Assembly (NCBI GenBank): GCA_963788195.1
Contig: CAWBGA010000017.1
Location: forward strand, 64,001 to 128,000
From: Nitrospirota bacterium
GTDB lineage: Bacteria > Nitrospirota > Nitrospiria > Nitrospirales > NS-4
DNA: 64,000 nucleotides
Reading direction: 5' to 3'
Positions 29,919 through 39,381 of this stretch are shown piece by piece. Both the position numbers and the translations under genes were made by a program. How positions within the stretch are numbered: position 1 is the first letter of the stretch; every line of letters begins with the position of its first letter. Below the pieces are notes generated by a model, which was not told the origin of the DNA, did not search any database, and saw only the letters and a list, made by a program, of their open reading frames with translations.

Positions 29919-31217
29919 CTACACGACATGGATTTTTTCACGCTCCCGTTCACGCGAGGCGGAGCCATAGTAAGCATAGCATGCCACTAACGCGAGAAGG
30001 AGGTATTCCAGGCTGCGTTGGGCCGCATGGGTTACTTTCTGTTGCAGCTCCGGTGTGGTCGCGTGCATCTTCATGATCTCCAGGGCTTGGTACGGATGAA
30101 GGTCGTCATACGTGGAATGAGCTTCCATCCACATATAGGCCCGTTTGTCCAGGAAGACGCCATCCTGACCCTGATACTTCATAAACCCTTTAACCATGAT
30201 TGTGGCAATGCCCTGTGTGACGCCCTCAATCGCATAATTCGTTGCCGCCACGGCTTCGACGAAGGTTCCCCTGTTGGTGATCGACCACATCCAATGTGTG
30301 AGCGCCTCAACTTCAGGGATAATAGGCGTCGATAATACCTCTTCCTTGGAGACGCCGAATCCCCGGGCCATATCGATCCATTGATCCGCATGTCGCTTTT
30401 CGACTCGCAGGTTGTCGATCAGGAAGCCACGCGATTGCGGGTCCGTCGCTTTGGCCAAATACGTGGCCATGAATTGAGGGAATAGCTCGATGAAAGGGTA
30501 AAATTGAATGCTCCACCCCTTGACCTGGTCAAGAGACAAGGCGCCGCTGGATGTCTCCTGCACCAACTGGGAATCCCAAATAGCCTGCCTGTAGGATGCG
30601 AGAAAATGATCCATCTCCGATACCCAGGGAGGATCCGGAGTAAACTGTCGGTTTTTCTTTTTGGGTCGGGGCAGAGCCCGTTCAGGGCTTGTCGATGATG
30701 TCGTGTCATCGCTTACCTTGAGGCTCCGCACATGCGCGGCGGCCTCGAGCGCAAGGCTGTCCTTAGAAATATGGATGGAAAGAAATGATTGTCCCAAGCT
30801 CTCAACGTTGGCCATAAGCTCGGCGACTGCAGAGTTCAGCAGGCTACTCTCCCAATCCTTAAGAGCAGCAAACTTTATACCCGTCATGTAGCCGGTCGCT
30901 GTGGTATTAGGCCGGCAGTAAATGACTTGCCCCACCACGTGCAGCTGAGCCGCTCCACCAAAGCAACAGCGCAGCATTAGTGGGGTGCCAGGAACCAGGC
31001 GCACTTCCGACAAAAGCCGTACTCCGGCAGAGCTGATATCGTCGGTATGGCCTGGCACGCCTCCTTCCCATCGCTCGAGACGAAGGTCAATCTTGAGCAG
31101 CTTACGCAGATACGAGCGTCGTTCGATCCCAAAGTAGCGGTCCTTCGGCATCACTGGAGTCGGCTTCATTGGAATTTCTACAGGTGAAAGGCCCTCGGAC
31201 CTGTTTGTAGGGTCCAT
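29919..31217 (-). CDS. PilZ domain fused to a heme-oxygenase-like diiron oxidase of the UndA type
   Basis: PilZ RRSYLR (RxxxR) and DISSAG (DxSxxG); C-terminal NLRVEKRH, ATNYAIEG, HSTYDDLHP; GAGGTG RBS. Confidence 0.85.
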   Translation of the reverse strand: MDPTNRSEGLSPVEIPMKPTPVMPKDRYFGIERRSYLRKLLKIDLRLERWEGGVPGHTDDISSAGVRLLSEVRLVPGTPLMLRCCFGGAAQLHVVGQVIYCRPNTTATGYMTGIKFAALKDWESSLLNSAVAELMANVESLGQSFLSIHISKDSLALEAAAHVRSLKVSDDTTSSTSPERALPRPKKKNRQFTPDPPWVSEMDHFLASYRQAIWDSQLVQETSSGALSLDQVKGWSIQFYPFIELFPQFMATYLAKATDPQSRGFLIDNLRVEKRHADQWIDMARGFGVSKEEVLSTPIIPEVEALTHWMWSITNRGTFVEAVAATNYAIEGVTQGIATIMVKGFMKYQGQDGVFLDKRAYMWMEAHSTYDDLHPYQALEIMKMHATTPELQQKVTHAAQRSLEYLLLALVACYAYYGSASREREREKIHVV

Positions 31218-31520
31218 GGTGCACCTCTTTCGCTAGTGGAGTGAACCGCAAGGGAAGACAAAAATGGCGGGGAAAATGCCCACTTGACGCGTCTCGCCAG
31301 TGTGACCGCCTTCGCGGCTCTGAAGATCGCCCGTACCCGAGTATATTCGCGTGAGTGTTCAGGTTGCAATAAAATTCGTAGGGAAATGGCACCAACCAAA
31401 AAGTCAAAGAGGCGCATAAAAATGAGCCAGGGGTCGGAATCACACCGTATCTTGTATGCTTTCTCGTATAAGGCCGTCAAGGTTACCACTATACGTAACA
31501 CTTGGCTTGGCCTCGATCAC

Positions 31521-31583
31521 CATAAGGTCTAAGTATAGGAGGCCATAAGATCTAAGTATAGGGGGTCATAAGCTCTACGTATA
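31521..31583. promoter_or_regulatory. Three direct repeats at 23-bp period upstream of the PilZ-UndA gene
   Basis: CATAAGGTCTAAGTATA (31521), CATAAGATCTAAGTATA (31544), CATAAGCTCTACGTATA (31567). Confidence 0.7.
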
Positions 31584-31748
31584 ATATCGTACTGGAACGA
31601 GGCAATGTGCGCGGACCCCATGAGGAAAAAGAGTCTGTCCGGGGCACCCTTGCTTCCTTTGCAAGGGGTCGAATGACTCCAGGCCACGGGAGAGCCGGGC
31701 AGGCCGCTTTCTTGATGGAGGCACGAGAAAGCCTAGAAACTGGAGAAA

Positions 31749-32588
31749 CTAGGACGTAACTGTCCTCATTTTTTCCGCGACCGGCTCGGGACCTTGATCG
31801 GGAGTGACGGGGAGGCCGAAAAGATGCGCATACGCAATACCCAGCACGCACCCGGCAAGCGCTGTTCCTAATCCCAGCCCAAGCATGGCGCCACTAACGA
31901 TTCCTACCATTCGCCCCATGTTCACAACGACCTTGCTTTCGGGGGGACCGAAGGGGAGATCACTTAAACTGACGTCCGGATAGTACACGCTCAGAACGGC
32001 ACCGAGAGGCAGGCCAAGTACAACGATGGTCACCACAGCGCCCGCAACCATCAATCCCATCATGACCCCAGTCAAGCCTGCAACCCCCCACCAGTTTCTG
32101 GTAACGACTCGACGACTGGCCTCCAGCGCCTGCCAAGGTGTGAACTTCCGATCGACGATCAGCATATTCGAAAACACATAAGCCACAATTAGATAAATCC
32201 CCGGCACAATGAGCATCAAGCCTGCGACGACGAGCAGCAACCCGAGGATCGTGCATATCACTAAATAGCCCGCCGTGGTCCAGTCAGGAAAGAAATCCGT
32301 AAACCGTGTCGGACCGCTCCGTCTCTCTTTCCAGACAACCATCGCGATCCCGGCGAGCATAAGCACTTGAATGACGATACTGACAACCTGACCGACACCA
32401 CGACCGAGGGTCAAGGCTGCCTGTGACGCCACAGTGAACAGCATCGCAAAGCCGAGGAATCCAGTGGGGTAATGCTTGAAGGTTGCCCAGCCCTCCCGCA
32501 GATAATCCAACGATTTGACTTGATATCCCTGAGTAGTTATCTCTTCGATGGATTTGGGAGTAGATGCTATAGGCTCAGCTCCTGTCAT
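31749..32588 (-). CDS. Integral membrane protein (DUF975-like)
   Basis: GW..FK, PGIYL, ALEASRR motifs; about 6 TMs; AAGGAGG RBS. Confidence 0.75.
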   Translation of the reverse strand: MTGAEPIASTPKSIEEITTQGYQVKSLDYLREGWATFKHYPTGFLGFAMLFTVASQAALTLGRGVGQVVSIVIQVLMLAGIAMVVWKERRSGPTRFTDFFPDWTTAGYLVICTILGLLLVVAGLMLIVPGIYLIVAYVFSNMLIVDRKFTPWQALEASRRVVTRNWWGVAGLTGVMMGLMVAGAVVTIVVLGLPLGAVLSVYYPDVSLSDLPFGPPESKVVVNMGRMVGIVSGAMLGLGLGTALAGCVLGIAYAHLFGLPVTPDQGPEPVAEKMRTVTS

Positions 32589-32875
32589 TGCGCGCCCCTC
32601 CTTGACGCCGCCTTAGAACTCTGAGTTGGTACCTGCGCGACCACCTACATCGCACGACAGCATCGTTTGAGGAGGTGGACATGCATTCAACACTAAGTTT
32701 GTTCATGCAGTTGTATAACATTAGTGAGATACCCGTCCTACTAGGAATACCGCATTTGGAGGATACTTTCAAGAATTTCCGATCGGACGCATCTGACAGG
32801 CCGCAAATCACCCAATCTTCCCACAGTTCCAAGGCAAGAACGTTCGCACAGTTGGTGCGCGTGCAAGCGAGAAAT

Positions 32876-33841
32876 TCACTGCACCGTCACCCTCGGGCTG
32901 GTCGCGTCGGTCACATACCCAACTCCTGTGACCCAATGCAGCGCCCGCACTTCAAAGGTCCCGGTAGTGGGCAGCACAAAGCTCGTCGTGACCCCGGTGA
33001 GGTTGCCGCTGCGCGTCGTCTGATTGCCCGTCAGATAGACCCAGTTCAAGCTTTGGCTGTTCGCCGTGCCCGTGGCAAACAGGGCCACGATGTTGCTGTC
33101 GTTGGCGGCCAGATTCGCGGCGACCACGGTGATCGAGCTCCCCGCCGATACCGTGATCGGCGTACTGCTCCCGTTCACGGTCAAGGTGCCCCCACCGGCG
33201 GCACTTTGGGCCGTCACTGTGGGGCTAATAGCGTCGGTCACATACCCAACTCCTGTGACCCAATGCAGCGCCCGCACTTCAAAGGTCCCAGTAGTGGGCA
33301 GCACAAAGCTCGTCGTGACCCCGGTGAGGTTGCCGCTGCGCGTCGTCTGATTGCCCGTCAGGTAGACCCAGTTCAAGCTTTGGCTGTTCGCCGTGCCCGT
33401 GGCAAACAGGGCCACGATGTTGCTGTCGTTGGCGGCCAGATTCGCGGCGACCACCGTGATCGGGCTCCCCGGCGTCACCGTGATCGGCATACTGCTCCCG
33501 TTCACGGTCAAGGTGCCCCCACCGGCGGCACTTTGGGCCGTCACTGTGGGGCTAATAGCGTCGGTCACATACCCAACTCCTGTGACCCAATGCAGCGCCC
33601 GCACTTCAAAGGTCCCAGTAGTGGGCAGCACAAAGCTCGTCGTGACCCCGGTGAGGTTGCCGCTGCGCGTCGTCTGATTGCCTGTCAGATAGACCCAGTT
33701 CAAGCTTTGGCTGTTCGCCGTGCCCGTGGCAAACAGGGCCACGATGTTGCTGTCGTTGGCGGCCAGATTCGCGGCGACCACCGTGATCGGGCTCCCCGGC
33801 GCCACCGTGATCGGCGTACTGCTCCCGTTGACAGTAAGCGC
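32876..33841. repeat. Three near-identical 327-bp coding repeats
   Basis: Anchor GCAGCGCCCGCACTTCAAAGGTCCC at 32938, 33265, 33592. Confidence 0.95.
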
Positions 33842-36526
33842 GGGCTGCGTCGCACTCTTAATGCGATAAACCGAACCGGTGGCAGAATATTCGGTCAGGT
33901 AAAGTTCGCCGCCTTGATCCTCTCCAAAGGTGCTGAGCAAGAATGGCAAGTCGAGCAATGGAACGCTCGACCAGACGGCTCCACTGGGAGTGGCGCCCCA
34001 GATCTGTCCGGTGCAGAAATCCCCATAGATGTACGCCCCGCCGAGTCCTGACACTTGTGTGCCCCGATAGCGATACCCGCCGATGACGGTGCAGTCACCG
34101 CTCGCATGCGTGTACTCCAGAATCGGCAATGTCAATGTCCCATCGTTGCAGCCTGAGCTCGGATTGAAACAAGCAGTCCCCTCCATTTTCCGCCAGCCGT
34201 AATTCTCACCACCGGCGCTCGTGGCGGGCTGGAAGTCCACCTCCTCGCGGGCGTTTTGCCCAACGTCGGCGATAAACAGATCTCCCGTGAGGCGGTCGAA
34301 GCTGAATCGCCAGGGGTTACGCAGGCCCAAGGCCCAGATCTCGGGTTTGGCGCCAGCTGTTCCGATGAACGGATTGCTGGACGGAACCGTATAGGGCGAT
34401 CCAGCATTCACATCGATGCGCAACATTTTCCCCAGAAGTTCGCCAAGATTTTGAGCGCGGTTTTCAGGATCGCCGCCTGATCCGCCGTCGCCCATTCCGA
34501 TATAAAGATAACCATCGGGGCCGAACTGCAGTTGTCCGCCCTTGTGATTGGCGTAAGGTTGGGCGATCGTGAGCACCGGCAGCACGGAGTTAAAGTCAGC
34601 GATGTTCGCATTGGCGGAGACCTTATATCGGGCGATTACAGTATTGCCGGCGGTATTGGTATAGTTGACATAAAAGAACCCGTTGCTGAGGTAGTTTGGA
34701 TGAAAGGCCAGGCCTAGCAGCCCGCGCTCGCCACAGCAGGATACAAGTGAAGTCAGATCCAAGAACGCGGTCGGCAAGATTTGCGTCCCATCGTAGATTA
34801 CGATTTTGCCTTCCTGCAAGACGATGAAGAGCCGGCCCGACCCATCGCCGGCATGGGCGATCGACACCGGAAACGCTAAGCCGGGCGCTACCTGTTCGAG
34901 AACAATGCTCGGGAGCGCTGCACTACTGGAAAGCGCCTGCGGGGAGCCGGTGGGTGCCGTCACTTGCCGAAAACTTGCGGTACAGACCTTATCGGTGGTC
35001 ATTCGCACCGACCCACCCGCGCAGTCCGGGTCGCCGCTCCAGCCCGTGAAGGTGAACCCCGTATCCGGCGTTGCTGAGAGCATGACCACTGTGTCCCTCG
35101 GATAGGATTCGCTGCAGTCCACCCCGCACGTGACACCAGAGGGAGCGCTGGTCACAAGCCCCTGCCCGATCTTGCTCATCGACAAGGTAAACCGCGAAGC
35201 CGCCTGCCCAGCAACCAATGCCACCGCTCCCGCTAGGTCAATTCTGGGCTTGACGATCCCGTTCTTGGGATCGCTGAGCGGCACGCCCGTCGCGACCAGC
35301 GCATCAAGAACAGCAGCGACGCTGGCTTGAGGGTTCTTCTGCTTAATAACAGCCCAGGCCCCCGCCACGTGCGGAGCGGCCATCGAGGTTCCGGAGAAGG
35401 ACGTGAAGCCGCCGTCCGGGACGGACGAAAGGATAGACGATCCCGGCGCGAGCAGAGAGAGAAATGAAGCCGAATTTGAAAACGCAGAGACTGCACCGGC
35501 CTTCGTGGTTGACCCTACACCGATGGCGCTGGAGATACACCCGGGTGCGCTGATGCCATTCGGCGCGCCGTTGTTGCCGGCGGCGATCACGGTCGCGATA
35601 CCAACGGACCGGAGCGTATCGATGATCGCCTTCGTCGGAGCGTTGTCCGCATCGCATTCGCTGGCCGAAGTGTAGACATCCCCACCCAGGCTCATGTTGA
35701 CCGCGGCAATGTGGTAGAGATCTCGAAGCTCGTAGACATGTTCCATGGCGGCAATCAGGTCTGACGTGTACGCGAGCGCACAAGGGTTCTCGCCCCCATT
35801 GCACTCGGTTCCCGTGAACTTTGAAAACACCTGAATGGGCATAATCTGGGCGCCCTTGGCCACCCCAGAGAACGTCGCGCCTGCACCGGCAGCAATGCCG
35901 GCGACGAGCGTCCCATGCCGGCACACGCCGGGCGCAAACGTACAGGGCACGCCGGCCCCGGGCTCGAGCTGCACATCCAAACCGTTCGGGCAACTGCCGT
36001 TCCCCGTATAGCAGGCCTCACTCGTGACTTTGCCGGTGAGAAATGGATGCAGCGTGTCCACGCCGGTATCCAGAACGGCCACCACGCTTCCTGAGCCTTC
36101 AAACCCCTGAGTCCAGGCTTGGTTCGCGCCGATGAGGGGAATGCTTTCGGGAAGGGAGGGCCTGAGGAGATGGTCTGCGTAGATAGTCGAGGCCATGGGA
36201 GCAAGGGCGGCAAGCACGTCCGAGCCGCCTTCGACTGCCATGAACGGGATTGACCGGTATTCACGCGCGACACGATGCGAGCGCCCGGCCAGAGCCTTCC
36301 GGACTGCCTCCTTCGCGAGGCCAATGGCACGCCGCTGTCCGGCCACTGCGTCCGCATGGGAGAGGGCTCCCTCCGGAGAAGTCGCAACCTTGAGATGAAC
36401 GAGGAAGCGCCCGGTGGGCACGCGATCCGCTGGAGCAACGGCCTCAACATCGGCGAGCGCGGCCGCGCTAAAGCAGGTGAGGAAAACAATGAGCACGGAA
36501 ACCGAGAGACCTTGGCGCCATCTCAT
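32876..36526 (-). CDS. Secreted S8 subtilase + InlB-B-like repeat + PQQ-dependent sugar dehydrogenase (GSDH) beta-propeller + three 109-aa C-terminal repeats
   Basis: Triad LDTG, HGT, GTSMAAPHV; ERGLLGLAFHP, GDGG, GLRNPWRFSFD. Confidence 0.88.
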   Translation of the reverse strand: MRWRQGLSVSVLIVFLTCFSAAALADVEAVAPADRVPTGRFLVHLKVATSPEGALSHADAVAGQRRAIGLAKEAVRKALAGRSHRVAREYRSIPFMAVEGGSDVLAALAPMASTIYADHLLRPSLPESIPLIGANQAWTQGFEGSGSVVAVLDTGVDTLHPFLTGKVTSEACYTGNGSCPNGLDVQLEPGAGVPCTFAPGVCRHGTLVAGIAAGAGATFSGVAKGAQIMPIQVFSKFTGTECNGGENPCALAYTSDLIAAMEHVYELRDLYHIAAVNMSLGGDVYTSASECDADNAPTKAIIDTLRSVGIATVIAAGNNGAPNGISAPGCISSAIGVGSTTKAGAVSAFSNSASFLSLLAPGSSILSSVPDGGFTSFSGTSMAAPHVAGAWAVIKQKNPQASVAAVLDALVATGVPLSDPKNGIVKPRIDLAGAVALVAGQAASRFTLSMSKIGQGLVTSAPSGVTCGVDCSESYPRDTVVMLSATPDTGFTFTGWSGDPDCAGGSVRMTTDKVCTASFRQVTAPTGSPQALSSSAALPSIVLEQVAPGLAFPVSIAHAGDGSGRLFIVLQEGKIVIYDGTQILPTAFLDLTSLVSCCGERGLLGLAFHPNYLSNGFFYVNYTNTAGNTVIARYKVSANANIADFNSVLPVLTIAQPYANHKGGQLQFGPDGYLYIGMGDGGSGGDPENRAQNLGELLGKMLRIDVNAGSPYTVPSSNPFIGTAGAKPEIWALGLRNPWRFSFDRLTGDLFIADVGQNAREEVDFQPATSAGGENYGWRKMEGTACFNPSSGCNDGTLTLPILEYTHASGDCTVIGGYRYRGTQVSGLGGAYIYGDFCTGQIWGATPSGAVWSSVPLLDLPFLLSTFGEDQGGELYLTEYSATGSVYRIKSATQPALTVNGSSTPITVAPGSPITVVAANLAANDSNIVALFATGTANSQSLNWVYLTGNQTTRSGNLTGVTTSFVLPTTGTFEVRALHWVTGVGYVTDAISPTVTAQSAAGGGTLTVNGSSMPITVTPGSPITVVAANLAANDSNIVALFATGTANSQSLNWVYLTGNQTTRSGNLTGVTTSFVLPTTGTFEVRALHWVTGVGYVTDAISPTVTAQSAAGGGTLTVNGSSTPITVSAGSSITVVAANLAANDSNIVALFATGTANSQSLNWVYLTGNQTTRSGNLTGVTTSFVLPTTGTFEVRALHWVTGVGYVTDATSPRVTVQ

Positions 36527-36604
36527 GGCATTTTCTCCAGTGGGGGAATCGCGCCGATCTTTCCTGAATGCGGCAGACAGAACCGGATTTCCCGAAAGGA
36601 AGAT

Positions 36605-38907
36605 TCACTGCACTGTCACTGTGGAACTGATCACGTCGGTTACATATCCCGTCCCCGAGACCCAATGCAGCGCCCGCACTTCAAACGTCCCACTGCCGGG
36701 CAGCACAAAGCTCGTCGTCACGCCTGTCAGGCTCCCGCTGCGCCCCGTCTGATTGCCCGTCAGGAAGACCCAGCTTAGACTCTGGCTGTTCGCTGTGCCC
36801 GTGGCAAACAGGGCCACGATGTTGCTGTCATTGGGGGCCAGATTCGCCGCGACGACGGTAATTGGACTGCCCGCCGATACCGTGATCGGCGTGCTGCTCC
36901 CATTCACGGTCAGGGTGCCCCCGCCGGCACTTTGTGCCGTAACTGTGGGGCTCGTCGCGTCGCTCACATACCCGATCCCCGAGACCCAATGCAGCGCCCG
37001 CACTTCAAACGTCCCACTGCCGGGCAGCACGAAGCTCGTCGTCACACCCGTCAGGCTCCCGCTGCGCGTCGTCTGATTGCCCGTCAGAAAACCCAGCTCA
37101 AACTTTGGCTGTTCGCTGCGCCCGTGCCAAACAGGGCCACAATATTGCTGTCATTGGCGGCCAGATTCGCCGCGACGACAGTGATCGGGCTGCCCGCCGG
37201 TACCGTGATCGGTGTGCTGCTCCCATTCACGGTCACGGTGCCCCCGCCGGCACCTTGCGCCGTAACTGTAGGACTTGTGGCGTCAGTTACATAGCCAACT
37301 CCCGCAACCCAATGCAGCGCCCGCACTTCAAACGTCCCGCTGCCGGGCAGCACAAAGCTCGTCGTCACGCCCGTCAGACTCCCGCTGCGCGTGGTCTGAT
37401 TGCCGGTCAGGAAGACCCAGTTTAGACTCTGGCTGTTGGCGGCGCCGGCGGCAAACAGGGCAACAATATTGCTGTCATTGGGGGCCAGATTTGTCGCGAC
37501 CACACTGATCGGAGTTCCCACCACAGCTGTAATGGGGGCACTGCTCCCGTTGATGGTGAGCCCAGGGGAAGGCGAAGCCTGCACGGAAAGCATGGCCACT
37601 GCCCCGGCTACATCAATTCTGGGTTTCGCGATCCCGTTTTTGGGATCAGTGAGAGTGACCCCGGTCGACACCAGGGCATCAAGGACCGCTGCCACGCTAG
37701 CTTGAGGATTCTTCTGCTTTAGGACCGCCCAGGCGCCCGTCACATGCGGAGTGGCCATTGAGGTCCCCGAGAATGATGCAAATCCGCCGCCGGGGATAGC
37801 CGAGAGAATGGACGATCCGGGCGCCAGCAGGGAAAGAAACGAGGCGGAATTCGAAAACGAATTGACCGCATCACCCTTGGTGGTTGACCCTACGCTGATG
37901 GCGCTGGAGACGCATGCCGGCGCACTCAGGCCGTTAGGAGCGCCGCTGTTGCCGGCGGCAACCACGGTCGCGATGCCCACGGAACGCAGTGTAGCAACGA
38001 TTGCCTTGATGGGACCGTTGTCGGCGTCACACTCGTCGGTCGAGTGGTAGACTCGGCCTCCCACGCTCATGTTCACGGCGGCAATCTGGTATTGGCCTCT
38101 AAGTTCGTAGACGTGTTCCATCGCGGCAATCAGGTCCGATGTATACGCGAGCGCACAAGGATCCTCGCCGCCGGCGCAGGCACTTCCCGTGAACTTCGAG
38201 AACACTCTGATCGCCATAATGCCGGCTCCGCGCGCCACGCCCGAGAAGGTCGCACCGGATCCGGCAGCAATGCCGGCCACATGCGTCCCATGTCTGCACG
38301 CGGTTGCTGCGAATGTGCACGGGACAGCCGCCCCCGCTCCCACCTGCGTATCCAAGCCATTCTGGCAGTTGTTGTTCCCCGAATAGCACGCTTCGCTGAT
38401 TATTTTGCCGGCAAAAAAAGGATGCGACGAGTCCACCCCGGTATCCAAAATCGCCACAACACTTCCTGAACCGTCAAAGCCCTGGACCCATGCTTGGTTC
38501 GCCCGGATAAGGGGGACACTTTCCGGAAGAGACGGAGCGAAAAGATGGTCCCGGTAGATTCTCGAGGCCATCGGGGCAAGAGCGGCCAGCACATCTGCGC
38601 CTCCTTCGACGGCCATGAACGGGACGGACTCATATTCACGCGCGACTCGATGCACGCGGCCTGCCAGAGCAGCACGCACTTCGTCCTTGGCAAGGCGCAT
38701 GGCCTGGCGCTGTCGGATTACCGCATCGGGGTGGTGAGGAAGAGATTCTTCTGAAGACGCCTCAACCTTGAGTTGCACCAGGTAACGTCCTGACGCTGCC
38801 TGACGGTGCGCGCGGGCAACGGCATCGGGATCAGCAAGCGCGGCCACACTGAGGTTGGTGATGAGAAGGACGAGAACAAGAATAGCGAGCCCTTGGCGCC
38901 TTCTCAT
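36605..38907 (-). CDS. Secreted S8 subtilase paralog with three 108-aa C-terminal repeats (1-bp deletion near 37088)
   Basis: LDTG, HGTHVAG, GTSMATPHV; repeat anchors at 36667, 36991, 37314 (periods 324 and 323) show one missing base. Confidence 0.88.
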
Positions 38908-39281
38908 GGCAGGTTCTCCTGTGGAGGAAGCGCACGATCTTCCTGGATGCGGCGCACGACAGGTGATTGCATCAACCGACGCAACGCCTCAGCGGAAACC
39001 TCCAGAGCTAGAAAAGGCACCGCCTGGTACCGCCGCGTGACTCGGTACGGAGTTCCAGAGATCGCTTGCAAGACCCGTTCCTGGGTTGTATGGATTTCTT
39101 CGGCGGCAGCTTGGAGCTCAACAATGACCCGAACGGTTTCCCCCTTTTCGGCGCGAGCAAGTAAATCTGCCGGCAACACAGTGGTCGAGTTTACCTGGCC
39201 GGCACATGCCATGGTGAGACTCGCGGCTGTAAAAAGGCACACCATCCCCTGGTTGAAAAATTTAGAGGCCAGGCGCTTCAT
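38904..39281 (-). CDS. Stand-alone subtilase propeptide-like (inhibitor I9-like) exported protein
   Basis: VRVIVEL...YRVTRRYQAVPFLALEV...IQED resembles the prodomains of both adjacent S8 genes (HRVAREYESVPFMAVEG); ATGA overlap with the S8 start. Confidence 0.7.
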   Translation of the reverse strand: MKRLASKFFNQGMVCLFTAASLTMACAGQVNSTTVLPADLLARAEKGETVRVIVELQAAAEEIHTTQERVLQAISGTPYRVTRRYQAVPFLALEVSAEALRRLMQSPVVRRIQEDRALPPQENLP

Positions 39282-39381
39282 AGCTTGCATGGTTGGGAGG
39301 AAAAGGCGGGAGCTGCTTGCGGCCATGCCGCAGTATGGCATGGTTCTCCGGAAACCGGGAGGGTCAGGCCTTGGCCGGGAA

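Noticed and set aside
31521..31583. 23-bp periodic repeats as a CRISPR array
   Set aside because: The intervening sequence is only about 6 bp, there are three units, and there are no cas genes.
32675..34051. 458-aa plus-strand ORF with internal repeats
   Set aside because: Antisense shadow of the S8 C-terminal repeats; Arg/Gly/His-rich with no recognisable motifs.
32876..37560. Near-identical repeats as a diversity-generating retroelement TR/VR pair
   Set aside because: All copies are in-frame coding domains, the differences are not adenine-specific, and there is no reverse transcriptase in the window.
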